DNA of 64,000 bases from Lama glama (GCA_028534125.1 CM052818.1:20276001-20340000); one strand, 5' to 3'. Shown: positions 12,418 to 24,675, numbered from the stretch's first letter. Numbers and translations are program-made. The notes: generated by a model from the letters alone, not told the origin.

Positions 12418-13115
12418 AATATACACCACATCCACTTGGATATATAATCAAAAAAGACAGACAATAACAAGTGTTGATGAGGATGTGGAGAAACTGGAAC
12501 CTTCATATGTTGCTAATGTAAAATGGTGCAGCCACTCTGGAAAACAGCTTGAGAGTTCTCTAAAATGTTAAACCACTAGACCTAGCAGTTCTTCTCCTAG
12601 CTAGATAAATGAAAACATGTCCACAGTTTATTACAGTACAGTAATATTAACAGCAGCAGGTGGACAGTCCAAGGGTTCCTCAACTGATGAATAAACAAAA
12701 TGTGGTATATCCATACAACAAAACGTTATTCAGCTATCAAAAGGAATGAAGTATTGATACATGCTACAATGTGGATGAACCTTGGAGACATGCTAAGTTT
12801 CTTTTACTTAGCTAGTCACAAAAGATCACATGTTGTATGATTCCATTTATATGAAATATCCAGAATAGGCAAATCTATAGAGAAAGAAAGCAGATAGGTG
12901 GTTGCCTAGGGTGGGGGCAGGGGAGGACTGGGGGATGATGATTAAAAGGAATCGAGTTTCCTTCCCCTACTCTTCTTTTTGGGGTGACGAAAATATTCTA
13001 AAGTTGACTGTGATGATAGTTGCATAACTGTGCAAATATACTAAAAATCATTGATTTGCACACTTTCAGTGGGTGAACTGAATGGTATGTGAATTATATC
13101 TCAAGAAAGCTGTTA
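12418..13115 (+). mobile_element. L1MB/ME-type 3' end inserted into the host L1
   Basis: aataacaagtgttgatgaggatgtggagaaactggaacc ... atggtatgtgaattatatctcaagaaagctgtt terminus. Confidence 0.9.
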
Positions 13116-13240
13116 GAGATAAGACTACTGAACTGAAAGAAAAAATACACAAATGTCCTCTTTCAGTGATAGATCAAGCAGGCAGAAAACTAATAAGGAT
13201 ATAGTTGAACTGAACAGCACTGCCCAACTTAATCCAGAGA
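13116..13240 (+). mobile_element. Host L1 endonuclease fragment, part 2
   Basis: cctctttcagtgatagat...agcaggcagaaaactaataaggatatagttgaactgaacagcact (PLSVID..SRQKTNKDIVELNST). Confidence 0.8.
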
Positions 13241-13250
13241 TTTCATTTCA

Positions 13251-13487
13251 CAATGGTGAGCTGGTAAATATTTAACAACAGCTCTCCAGGGGAAACAAAC
13301 CTTGATCTGGAGCATCTGCCCATTTCCAAGGTATAACTACTCCTACTATGGCTGATTTCAAACTACTAACAAAATGTCGCTGATTATGGAGCTGGGAAGA
13401 GATGTGCACAGCTTTCCCTTTGGTGCCAGCTCACAAGTCAGATTGCTAAATTTTCAGGAACTTTGTGAACTGACTGTTAAACACAGG
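13251..13487. mobile_element. MER63 (hAT-Blackjack) pieces: a MER63A-like body followed by a MER63B/D-like end
   Basis: caatggtgagctggtaaatatttaacaacagctctcc...ctcctactatggctgatttcaaactac; then gattgctaaattttcaggaactttgtga. Confidence 0.8.
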
Positions 13488-14029
13488 TAGCTTGAAATTG
13501 CCTCTGGGGGCAGTGGGGGCGCAGCAACAATTTACACAAATAGCTACAAATCAGATGTTTCTGTTTGTTTATTTGGAGTCAGTTTATCAGCCCATGCCAT
13601 CAAAAAACACCAGAGCCCCTATTCATGGTTCTGCCAGGGTCACCAAGAGACTGAATGACCTTGGACAAGTCACACTACCTCCCTGACTTTTAGTTTGTTT
13701 ATCTATAAATGAAGGATCTGAAGTAGCTGACCCCCAAGTTTTCTTCCACCTCTGAAACCCGACAAATAGTTGGCCTCTCTTCCACAATTCCCACATAGAA
13801 TACAGTCTAACATCACATCAGGGTGCACTCACATGACTTTTGACAGTTGTTCTGTGGCCCCTCAGGATGGGGTCTGAGGCTTCCCCTCAAGCCTCGTTGT
13901 TCACCAGGCCTCCCTCTGTGCTTTGAGATTCAGGCATGTAGAAATTCTTTAGACCTGGAGACCCATCTGGCATCTCGCCTAACCAAGCCTTCACACATCC
14001 TGTTCCCACTTCTTAGTAGACTCTCCCAT

Positions 14030-14350
14030 GTCCTCTTACCCTGGCCAACTCCTCCTTACCCAAGTGGTCCTCTCTGGGAGAGGCCAATTCTTCCAGAAAG
14101 CCTTCCTTGATTTTCTCCAACTAGCTGAGGTATCTCTGCTATGCAGTTCCTTGGCACCCTACCCTTTCCCTGTCATCACTCTTATCAGTTTTTATTGTTA
14201 TTGCTTATTGTTTTATTGTCTGGTGTCCCCACCCAAACTTAAGTGCCAAGAGGGCAGAGAATGTGTCTCTTCCTTTTCATGGCATCTCCAACGCCTACAC
14301 CAAATACTCTAAGGAGGCTTGAAAATCACTGTTTACTGAATAAATGAGCA
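14030..14350 (+). mobile_element. L2 3' end
   Basis: ttccagaaagccttccttga...gagggcagagaatgtgtct...tgtttactgaataaatga. Confidence 0.8.
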
Positions 14351-16396
14351 TCTGCTTAAACACACAGCTCTATGAACAAATGAGCAGTGCTCTTCAAGAA
14401 AAGATACAAACCCAAACAGAAATCCCTTTTGGATGAATGCTTTTGCATTAGTAGATTTCTAATAATGGAGGGAATTTCACCTGGGAGATGTCCCACTTCA
14501 GAGAGGGTTTTGACCCATGGGGTGTAAGATTATCAATCTCAACAGGACCATGACTTTCTAACAAACAGCCCCACTCCTCAGACAGAAATTCATACCCATG
14601 TGGTGGGTTACAGCCCCTGGAAGGAGCTCTGCTCACCAAAAGGATAAATATCTACCTTGGCAACATCAGAGCCTTGAGAAACTATTCGTTTTGATTAAGA
14701 GGGGGGACTGTGGATGCATTGCAGAGGGGGAATCCACAATGATTTAACGCTCAGAGAGCAGAGCATGGGACTGCCTGCCAATGACATCTCACGTTCCAGG
14801 ACCTCTAAACTCTCCAGCAGGTACCAGGCACTCTTGGTACTTAAATTCATTTACCTCTGGAGCCTCACTGAGCTCATTTGTAGATGCCATATTTAGATAC
14901 TCATTTTCAGAGTCTATTCAAGGCATTCCCAGACCAACAACCTTCGGCTCACAGAGCTAGATCTTCCAATGCAGCTGTCGCATAGGGGAATGGGGTGCAC
15001 AGAGGAGAAGTAATTTGCCTGAGGTCACCCAACTGAGGCAAAGCTTTTTTAGAGTTCTGGCTTGATTCCTAGCCCCGTGTTCTTTCTCCTGCAGCACTTC
15101 ATCAACCAGACATTGTGAAGAATAAAAAGCCCCATGGACTGGGGTAGTGCACACAGAAAGGAAGCCTAGAGAAATGTGGGACCAGCAAGAAGTCCATTAG
15201 AAAATGCAGCTATGTGGCCAAATATATTTAGAAAGCATAGCCCCCTCCATGTTTTCTTGATACATTTGAATAGGCTGGCTATGAACTCAAGGGTCACTGG
15301 ATTAAACCGTAAGTTCAGCAAAACCCACGGAAACTCTACAAAACCATCCAACTGAGAAATAGTTAATAGTACAATGCGAGAAATGCTGTAATAAAATGGA
15401 GCAGATGCAATGTGAACAGGAGAAAGAAAGAATGAACTTTGCTTGAAAGGGCCAGGGGAAAATGAAATGAAGCTGAATCTTAAAGGATGGGAAAGAGAAA
15501 AAAGAAAAAGTGAAAAAGAAGATACAGTATTTCAGGAAAGGCAGGCTATCCCTTGGCAAAGAGAGGACTCACGGAGCGCCTGTTGATGTTTGGAATCTGG
15601 GTAATAAATGTACAGTGTGTGTGGCTGTGTCGATGAGGATGCCTGCTAGGTTCAAGCAGAGCTTCGTAGAGGAGCCAAGTGGGAGAAGCGCTTGGGAAGA
15701 CAGGGTGGGTAGGAAGAGGCCTGTGTGCAAACCTAAGAGAAGCAGCTGGTGAGAGGGTCAGCTTGGGGATGGCTTCAGGTAATAGATGGAAGAGTCTGGA
15801 CATTATCCTGAGATAACACAGAGTCACCGCAGACTTCTGAGCAAGAAAGTGCCCCAATTGCTTGTTTTAGGACAATTAACTTGTAGGAATGGTGGGAGAA
15901 GAGATCTAGAAGCAAGGGAAGAGAAGGTGGCAACAACCACCAGGATGAATCCATCATCCTGTTACCTACCACACGACCAAAGAGAAGCAAAGCTAATTAA
16001 GTGTGGTCCCTACTGCATCTGTGGGCTGAGGTACCCCTTCAACCCCCTGCCCCTCACAGGCTTGAGTCATCTTGGACTCAGCCAGGACTCCTGAGACCTT
16101 GGGACCTGCTCAGATGTTCCCAGAGATTCCAATTACCATGTGGCAAAGCTGCCCATTGTTTGCTAAAACAATCCCCATTTTTTGCAGTTCAATCATTGGC
16201 CAAGGGCATTGAAGAAACAAAATCATACAACTAAACCTAGGAGAATTCAGGCTCTCCTGTTGAATCCAGTGCAGTAATATATGTTCCAAGATTTCTACTT
16301 TCTGTAGAACACATGGTCATAAAATAAAAACTAATATAGAGATACTGAATTCCCCTTCATAAGACAGGTCCCAATCCTCAAACCAGCCTTTGTTTA

Positions 16397-16502
16397 TTAT
16401 TAGTGTTTTGTTTGTTGTTTTAATGGAGGCACTGGGGATTGAACCCAGGACCTTGTGCATGCTAAGCACATGCTCTACCACTGAGCTATACCCTCCCCTC
16501 CT
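16397..16502 (-). mobile_element. tRNA-Ala-derived camelid SINE (vic-1 type) with perfect 16-bp TSD
   Basis: Minus strand GGGTATAGCTCAGTGGTAGAGC...GGGTTCAATCCCCAGTGCCTCCA plus an A-rich tail; TSD AACCAGCCTTTGTTTA at 16381-16396 and 16503-16518. Confidence 0.93.
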
Positions 16503-16644
16503 AACCAGCCTTTGTTTAGAAGACTCTAACCTGACAAGGTTTTTTCATCAGTTTGCCAACTGGCAAGACACATTCATGGTGAAAATTTCAAAACAGACAA
16601 AGTGAATCTCATCAACTGTCCACTCAACCACTGCTGGAACAGAA

Positions 16645-16850
16645 TAATGATGACAGTAACAGCAGCTAGTGAGGGCTTACTCTGTACCAGACAAAATTGT
16701 AATCGGTTTACATGTACTAACGTGTTTGAGTCACACAATATCTCTTTGAGGGAGATAATATTCCCATTTGACAGATGAAGAAACTGAGGGTTAGAGATGT
16801 CCCTTGCCTAAGATCATCTATCTAATAAGTGGAGACAGAGTTTGAACCCA
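16645..16850 (-). mobile_element. MIR SINE
   Basis: ttcccatttgacagatgaagaaactgagggttagag. Confidence 0.85.
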
Positions 16851-17789
16851 GAAGTCCTTAAGCACTGTACTGGGTCTTCGGTTCTATGGCAGGGATCATG
16901 AAAGACACACAAGGAGATAACACAGTCTGTCCATGATCATTTTCTCTGTGAACACACACTACTAGCTAAAACACCCAGACAAATTTAATCAGGAATTTCC
17001 CTCTGGTTCCAAACTTCCTGTTTGCTCTGAACCTCCAATGTCAATGGGAGTCAGAATTCGACTTCCGATCTGGTCAGCAATAATGTGGCTTCCTCAGAAG
17101 AACGTAAACTTGGCTTTCATCCCAACCAGCTCAGTCTCTGCTCCTCTCTTCCCCACCCTTCACTTCATTATGTCCCTATGACTTCATCCCACAGTTATTG
17201 GCAGGTAACACCTCACAAAAGCAGTTTGGGGTGAAGATGGTCTCACCCCTAAGTAAACCCAGACCCACGACAAAAGTGACTACTTCTGAAAACTCCATGA
17301 TAATATGTAGCATTCTTTTATCAGGAGGACAAGCCTTTCAGTTATTCAACATGGTAGACAGATACAATGACTCTCATTAACAAAATGCACATTTCTGGAG
17401 TTAGCTTTTTTGCTAAAGCAGGTCATATAAGGAGCAGGGATGGGGGTGTGGGCTGAGTGGGAGCTCATGGAGACGAGTGGATGTCAAGGGAGCCCAAAAG
17501 GAAGGCCAAGGTAAGAAAGTCAGACTCTGCAGCCTTCCAACGCAAGCATACCTGTTGGCTATTTCAGCATTGACACGTGTGCTTCTCAGCACTTGCTTCT
17601 CCTGCCCCAGGGTCCCCAGGTGCTCACAGTATTGGAGTAAGGCCAACAAGAGGATCCTTTCTCTGGAATACTACCTGGTCCTGACATCCAGGCCCTGCCC
17701 TAGATGGGCCCTTACCCTGCATGGGGTAGAGTCCTCTCTATGTCCATTAGCTTATTTAAATCTTTCAATTAATGCCAAGACCACAGGCT

Positions 17790-17923
17790 AGGCCACCTTA
17801 CTTAAATATTTATTATCAGCTTCATTTTACAGATGAGGAAACTGTGGCTCAGAGTGATTAGGTCATTTGCCCAGGGCTGTACAGCTAGTAAGTGGCAATG
17901 CTGGGACTGGAACCAGGGTTCTC
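17790..17923 (-). mobile_element. MIR SINE interrupted by the MLT1 LTR; resumes at about 18280-18300
   Basis: cattttacagatgaggaaactgtggctcagag...gaaccagggttctc | tgactccataacc. Confidence 0.85.
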
Positions 17924-18279
17924 TGTATGAATTTGCCATACACAAGGTTACTTACACAACAGAAATGTATTTCTCACAGCTCTGGAGGCTGGAAGTCCCA
18001 GATCAAGACTGGTTTCTTCTGAGATCTCTCTTTGGCCTGTAAATGGGTCTTCTCCTGGCGTCTTCATGGTCTCCCCTCTGTGCATTTCTGTGTCCTAATC
18101 TCCTCCTCTTATAAGGACACTGGTCATATTGGTTAAGGGATCACCTATATGACCTTATTTTACCTTTTACTTATTTACTTCTTTAAAGGCCCTATCTCCA
18201 GATACTGCCCCATTTGGAGGTACTAGGAATTAGGACTTCAACATACGAATCTGGAGGGGACACAATTCAGCCCATAACA
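17924..18279 (-). mobile_element. MLT1 (MLT1B-like) ERVL-MaLR solo LTR
   Basis: caacagaaatgtatttctcacagctctggaggctggaagtcc ... gacacaattcagcccataaca; TG...CA ends. Confidence 0.9.
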
Positions 18280-18854
18280 TTGACTCCATAACCATACGCT
18301 CCCTCATTCATCCAACCAATATTTACAGAGCCTCCTAGGTGCCAAAGATAGCACGTGGCAATTCTGCTAATGTTTTCTCATGTAAGTCTCGAAACACTCC
18401 AGGGAAGTTTGCATTCTAATTCCCATGGTACAGCAAGGAAACTACATTTCAAAGAGTTTAAGTATTCTGCCCAGGAAAACACAACAAAGATGAGGCAGCC
18501 CCAGGATTCAGCCCCAGTTCTCTGACTCCAAACTCAGCACTGTCTCCAACATACAACTGTGTTTCCCACGCAAAACCACAGCTGGCAGCAATGGGACAGG
18601 GTGACCCGACAGTGGCAGCAGCGTGGTGGGATCTGGCAGGAGCTCCTTCTTTGGAAATATCGCCAGTCCCACGGGTAATAGCTGTATCTACTGCATAGGG
18701 TTTTTGCGTGATGATTAAATGAGTTAATGGACGCAAAGTGCTCAATTGCGTCTGGCTGGTAACAAAGGCTAAATGACTGTCTTGCTATCACTGTTGCTGT
18801 TGTCCTTGCTCCTAATGCTGCAGTGATTGTTATTTTTGTTATTACTATTATTGA

Positions 18855-20750
18855 TTTCTAGATAAAAAGGGTAGCTTGAATACCCACAATTTCTCTCCTT
18901 CCCGAAATTAGATACAAAGGCTTAAACACAAGAAGATGGGGCAAATAAGAGAAGAAAGAACAGCAATGCAATTTTGGAAGCTGGAAAGCAAACAAATAAG
19001 TGGGAGATGACGTAGTAAACCTGAGAAAGAGCTGAATTCTGAACCAAGGGGGAAAGTCAAGAACAATCAAATTTATGCTATAGAATCTCCCACTTCCTGT
19101 TCTAACCAAGCTCAGGAATTTGCAGTTAGAAGTTACCTCTGGAGATGAGGGTGAGGGAGAGAGAGAGAAAATGAAGATACCTGGTTGAAAAGCAATTAAA
19201 AACTCAGGTTCTCTTCTTATTCTGCAAGCCCCTTCCCTGCCTCAGATGTTTATTCTCTGGAGAAGACAGAGTAGAGGGTTTCCAGACCCAAAGTGGAGTA
19301 AGGGGAGAGGGCAGGCACCAGGTAAAGAACTAAGTAAGAGTGAGGGACTTGAATGGATATATGTTTTCTGGGAGCTGGGCCTTCTAACCCTCTTCTCTCC
19401 TTTGGCTCCTCTCTCTCCAGGCAGGACTCTGGAAGAGTCTTCCCGGGGTAATCAGAGGACTCTGAGAGGAAAACTCTAAAAATACTGACAGAAGTTCCCC
19501 AATGAAGTGGCCAGTCAGATTATTCACTATAATAAATCCCAAGTTGACTAATCCAATATCTGAATGATAGTTTGAGAAAGAGAAAACAGAAGAGATCATT
19601 AAAGAAATAAGGTATTTTCCAGAACTGAAGGGCATAATTTTCTAAATTAAAAAGGTTTATCCAGGGCCCAGTGCAATGTATGAAAGTGGGCCTACTCCAC
19701 ATCTTCAGTAATTAACAGGCTTCCAGAAAAAAGGAAGCAGGTCTATACAAAGGATCAAGAGCAACGTAGTTTTGGACTTCTTAACAGCAACACTGGGAGT
19801 TAGAAGGCAATGGAACAATACCTTTAAATTTTGAGTGAAAATGGTTTTCAATCCAAAATTCTATATCTAGCCAAATTCTTTATTGAATTTGAGAACACAA
19901 TAAAGATGATTTTAGATACAAAAGGAAGGTCTCAAAAAGTTACTTCCCACACTCTCAGAAAACTGTTGGAGGTACATCAGTCGCCATATCAAGAAAGAGG
20001 AGACGTGGGATACGAGAGAGAGGAGCTCTCATGTAGGAGAGGCAAAGATGCCAGTAAGACAGTGGTGGGAGGTCCTGGGGTGACAGCTCTGCAGCAGGCT
20101 CTGAGGGCAGCCGCTGAGACTGTGGAGCAGCTTAGAAGGCTCCGGGAGAAATTTACCTAGGAATACTGACAGAATGCCTACAGTACCTAGCCATCCCAAA
20201 GGGAGATGTGGACAATCTATAGAGCATTTGTGTTGATTGATAATAACTACACAGACCACAAAGAGAAAGTTATTATCTCCAGGGAAAACAAAGAAAAAGT
20301 ATAGGAAAGGAAATGTAATTACAGTTATCACATGGCTTAGTTCCAAATAGTATTTCACAGTCATAATAATGTATTCAATGTATATTTATTTAGCCAAAAT
20401 TATAATAAACTCTACTGAGAGGATGGGCGGTTTAGAAGGGTATGTGGATGTGGGGGGTAGGCAGTGAGTAGGTTGAGGGTGGGGCAGAGAACTAAATTCT
20501 CACTTTCATGGTGGAAAATCAGAGGATAATGTATAAAATAAAATTTAAAATAAAATTGTTACTTAGAAATACAAGAGATCCATACCAGCAGTGTCACCTA
20601 AAAGAATAATAAGTGGTTGTCTCTGTGGAAGGAGAAATCAGGGGGAAGGAAGGCTAGAAAATGGCTTTTCATGTCTTTAAACACCTTGTAGAACTGTTTG
20701 AATCTTTATCTACATGCGTATCTTTGATTAAAATAACATCTAAGCTTTAA
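18855..20750 (+). mobile_element. HAL1-like or ancient L1 5' end with degraded ORF1 and no ORF2
   Basis: ORF 19831: SENGFQSKILYLAKFFIEFENTIK resembles L1 ORF1 KENNFQPRILYPAKLSF..EGEIK; ttttccagaactgaag (FPELK) and gacttcttaacagcaacactg (DFS.ATL) are present. Confidence 0.75.
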
Positions 20751-21528
20751 AACACTTCTCTGTGTAAACTTGGGTGAGTTACTGCCTGGTTTTGGTTTCC
20801 AAGTTCCGCGTCTATAAAATGGAGTTGGATTAGATGGCCTCGGAGGCACTCCTTGATCTAACACTCACCCTGTGATTCCTGCCGTGGGAGTGATATCCTC
20901 CCATTGTACACTCAATCCTTAGATCTTTAGGAGTTTTACATTAAAGTATCATTTTTTACACTGGGTGGGGAAGTGCTGACAGCTGAGAACAACGCTCTGT
21001 GGGGACAGAGATCCCCACGTGACTATCTAATGGCCAGGTTCTAGAAGACTGAGGAGGAAAGAGGAAAGGATCATCCCGATTCTTCCTCCTCCTCTGCTTT
21101 GTATGAGCATTAGCTACATTGTAAATAATGAGACTCTAAATATTAGACCTTCCCGTTACTAACATAGCCTTTTAACCAGAGATCTTCATCAAGTCAGAAA
21201 ATGCCTAACTGTGCTCATGGCAGGAAAGGTTTCCAGGGACCAAGGCGGGCTATCAGGCCCCAAACTAGGCACACAACCTCCCTTTGGACCACCAGGAAGG
21301 CAAGACTACAGCGTCCATCACAACTCTGCATGTATTTCCCAGGGAGATCTGGCTTAGAGGGCACAGATAGAGACCCCTGTATGTCTCCAGCTCTTTCTAG
21401 GGAAATTGTCCCAAGTTCCTCCTTTTGGACTTTGTCCCCCAGCCCTGGAGAGGACCAGATATTTCATACTCAGGTTTATCTGAGTCTAAACTAAATCAGA
21501 ACTAAATCTATGTTCCCTGCTCTTAATT

Positions 21529-21828
21529 CTTTTTTTTTTTAAGGAATGCATTTTTATATTTTTTTAATTGAAGTATAGTCAGTTACAATGTGTCAATTTC
21601 TGGTGTATAGCACAATGTCTCAGTCATGTATATACATATATATGTTTGTTTTCATATTCTTTTTTATTAAAGGTTATTACAAAATATTGAATATAGTTCC
21701 CTGTGCTATATAGAACAAATTTGTTTTTTTAATCTATTTTTATATATAGTGGCTAACATTTGTAACTCTCAAACTCCCAAATTTATCCCTTCCCATCCCT
21801 TTCCCCCTGGTAACCATAAGATTGTTCA
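21529..21828 (-). mobile_element. 5'-truncated lineage-specific L1 3' UTR
   Basis: aattgaagtatagtcagttacaatg...tagttccctgtgctata...ggtaaccataag; candidate TSD CTCTTAATT at 21520-21528 and 21829-21837. Confidence 0.9.
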
Positions 21829-22601
21829 CTCTTAATTGACTTGTTATAAACATAATTATTAACAAGGAAAGCCTTTTCTAAGCACCTTGAGTACAGAGTG
21901 ATCTAGACAGGGCCAAAGCAGAGATGCCCTTCTCTCTCCTCTGGTCTCCTTACTGCCCCTCAATTCCAGGACCAGGCACACAACAGGCGCACAGGGCAGA
22001 CTGACTCTTGGGGAGTGATGACAATGGCTCATTAAACATTGAAAGTCTCTGAGAAATAAAGGAGCAGGAGAGCTTTAAAACTCACAACTTCCGCCCCTGC
22101 TAGGTAAAGACCAAATTCTAGTGCTCGAAGTGACAAGTGTAAATCATCAATGACTCTTGACATAAACAAAATACCTTGTCATTGCCCACTTGTTTTCATA
22201 TCCTTCACTTCCACCTGTACAGCCTGACTTGCCACGCTCACTCTCCAATACCTTATGAAGGCGACAAGGCAGGCATTATCTGAAACTCACAAATGGAAGC
22301 CAGTCATAAAGAGGTTCAGTAACTTGCTCAAGATTTCTTGAAGGATTCTCGAGAAGCTGTTCAACTGTTTTATCTTGGGTAGCTATGAGGTTGTGAAAAG
22401 AAAATTGACTTTATCCCTTTCTTTGCTGTTTTATTATTTTTCCTATGGCTACTACTTCTGTAATTAAAGAAAAGGAATTCAATCTTATAAAAAGGAAGAA
22501 AGGAATTCATTCTTCTAATGTGACTCCCTTTTGGAGCCTGGGCTGGAGGAAAAAAAAATCTCCAATGTTCTTTTAATACATCTTAATAACAATCAATTCA
22601 A

Positions 22602-22891
22602 AACTTATTTATGAAACAGACTCAGAGATATAGAAAACAAACTTATGGTTACCAAAGGGGAAAGAGGGGGGAGGGATAAATTAAGAGTGTGGGATTAACA
22701 GATATGCACTACTATATATAAAATAGATAAACAACAAGGTCCTACTATACAGCACAGGGAGCTATATTCAATATGTTATAATAATCTGTAATGGAAAGGA
22801 ATCTGAAAAAGAATATATACGTATAACTGAATTACTCTGCTGTACATCAGAAACTAACACAACATTGTAAATCAACTACACTTCAATTAAA
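22602..22891 (+). mobile_element. 5'-truncated L1 3' UTR with TSD
   Basis: aaacaaacttatggttaccaaagggg...cattgtaaatcaactacacttcaattaaaa; TSD AATCAATTCAA at 22591-22601 and 22892-22902. Confidence 0.93.
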
Positions 22892-22914
22892 AATCAATTC
22901 AAGATATAATAAGA

Positions 22915-23080
22915 TTAATCTTTATTTAGGATTCACTGTGGGGCAGGCACTATTCAAAATCGTTTATGCCTATTAAATCATGAAATCCCAACAACCTTAT
23001 GAGATGGGTACAACTCTGATTCCTACTTTATAGATGGGGACACTGATACATCAAATGTTGACACTTGGCCAGAGTAGAAG
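22915..23080 (-). mobile_element. MIR SINE
   Basis: aatcccaacaaccttatgagatggg...tttatagatggggacactga. Confidence 0.8.
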
Positions 23081-24339
23081 AAGCCATATTCTTTACCATC
23101 CTGTGCCGCCATGCTCGTGACTGTGGAAGAAGAAGATGCATTCCTGTCTGCCAAGCCTCTGGTTCTCTTCGCAGGGCCCTACTGCCCTCTGTGTCCAAGG
23201 CGGATCCCAGTCCCTCTTCAGTGTTGCATGGACAGAGGAGTGCCCTCTGAGAGTCAGTTGCTGTACTGAGCAGCTCAGAGCAAGATGGATTAGCACTGAG
23301 CATGATGGAGAGGAGGAGAAAGTTTCCTGGGTTGACTTTTGGAAGAAGGCCCACACTGTAAAACCTCCACCTGTCACAGCGTGTGCCGGTTCAGAAGGGA
23401 GGGGACTCAGCTAGGAAGCATGGCCATGTAGTGAGCTACTGCCTTCTCCCACACAGGGGCTTCTCTGTGCCCAGGAATGCTGGGCAGGGGACACAGAGAC
23501 AGAGACAGTGCTCTGTGCCACCTGGTGCAGGAGACCTGACCGGGGAGGGCCCAGAGTAAAAGGGGCCATGCCGGTCAGCCTGGGCTCTTCTTCAAGTGTG
23601 AGCCTACAGCTAGAGAACTGACTTCTTCCTTTAGTTCTTGAACCCTGGCCAAGAAGCCATTAATTAGTTTGTGTATAAATTCCGGCAGGAAGGCTGGAAA
23701 ATTCTCTCTCAGCTTCAGCAATGTGGTTCCTCCTGCAAAATTTGGTCTTGCCAATCTCCCAGATAAACCCGTGCACCACCCGAAATATGGTCTCCATGTG
23801 GGCTTCAGGAACAGCCAGAGGCAAACAGGCAAAGACACACTGCCCTTGTGCCAGTAGCTGAAAACAAAGCAACATGGGAGAGAGAGATCATATGGTCCTC
23901 ATTCAACTATAAAATGTGAAAGATGAAGGAATGGGAGCCTTTCAGGGTCAAGGAAAAAAAAACTGTATATTGTGTGTTACAGATGCTTCCAACACAGACT
24001 GTGAAAAGTACACACGTATGAGGTAGCAATTCACTGGACTAGAGTGCTCTGGAGCTTGAGAGACTGGACCAAATACTTTGTGAATACCTACTACAAGCTG
24101 GGTACTATCCTAAGCCAGCCAGGTAAGCACACTCCACTTATGTGGAGTTCTCAATCACAGAATAGGTATCCTAAGTAAAAATAAAAGATTGGCAAAGGGA
24201 GGGAACCAGCCTGAGCAGAGAGATGCCATGTCACTCAGGGAAGGCACGATCCCCATGACAGGCTGGGTGGTTAGGGAAGGCCTCACAGAGCAGGGGCATG
24301 TGACTCAGTCCTGAGGGCAGAATGGAATTTTTCTAGACC

Positions 24340-24675
24340 TATGGTCCCCAAATCACCTGAGGAACAATGTTTTTAAAAAGTACAGATTCCTGAACCCTGA
24401 TTCTAGACCTCCTGAAAGCTCTAGGAAGATTATCCTGGAATTGCTGGAGTTTCTTTAAATTAAAATTATGGCAGATTTAAAACATACACAAAAGTAGACA
24501 GAATAGCGAACCCTCATGTACCCATCACCTAGCTTCAGCAATCATCAACTCATGGCCCCTCTTTCCTCACCTGTATCCTTATCTATCCCCCTCCTCTAGT
24601 ATTCTGGAATCTGCCTATTTTTTAAACCAGGGACTCTGAAGCAGTCAAGACTGTGGATGTGACCTAGGAACCACT
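24340..24675. mobile_element. MER5A-like element split by a minus-strand L1ME 3'-end fragment (about 24450-24600)
   Basis: aatcacctgagg...cagattcctgaaccc | aaacatacacaaaagtagacagaatag...catgtacccatcacctagcttca | ggaatctgcctatttttt...ggaaccact. Confidence 0.7.

Noticed and set aside
16424..16495. Bona fide tRNA-Ala gene (also at 30035, 41335 and 62610)
   Set aside because: A-rich tails, TSDs and acceptor-stem mismatches identify these as retroposed SINEs.
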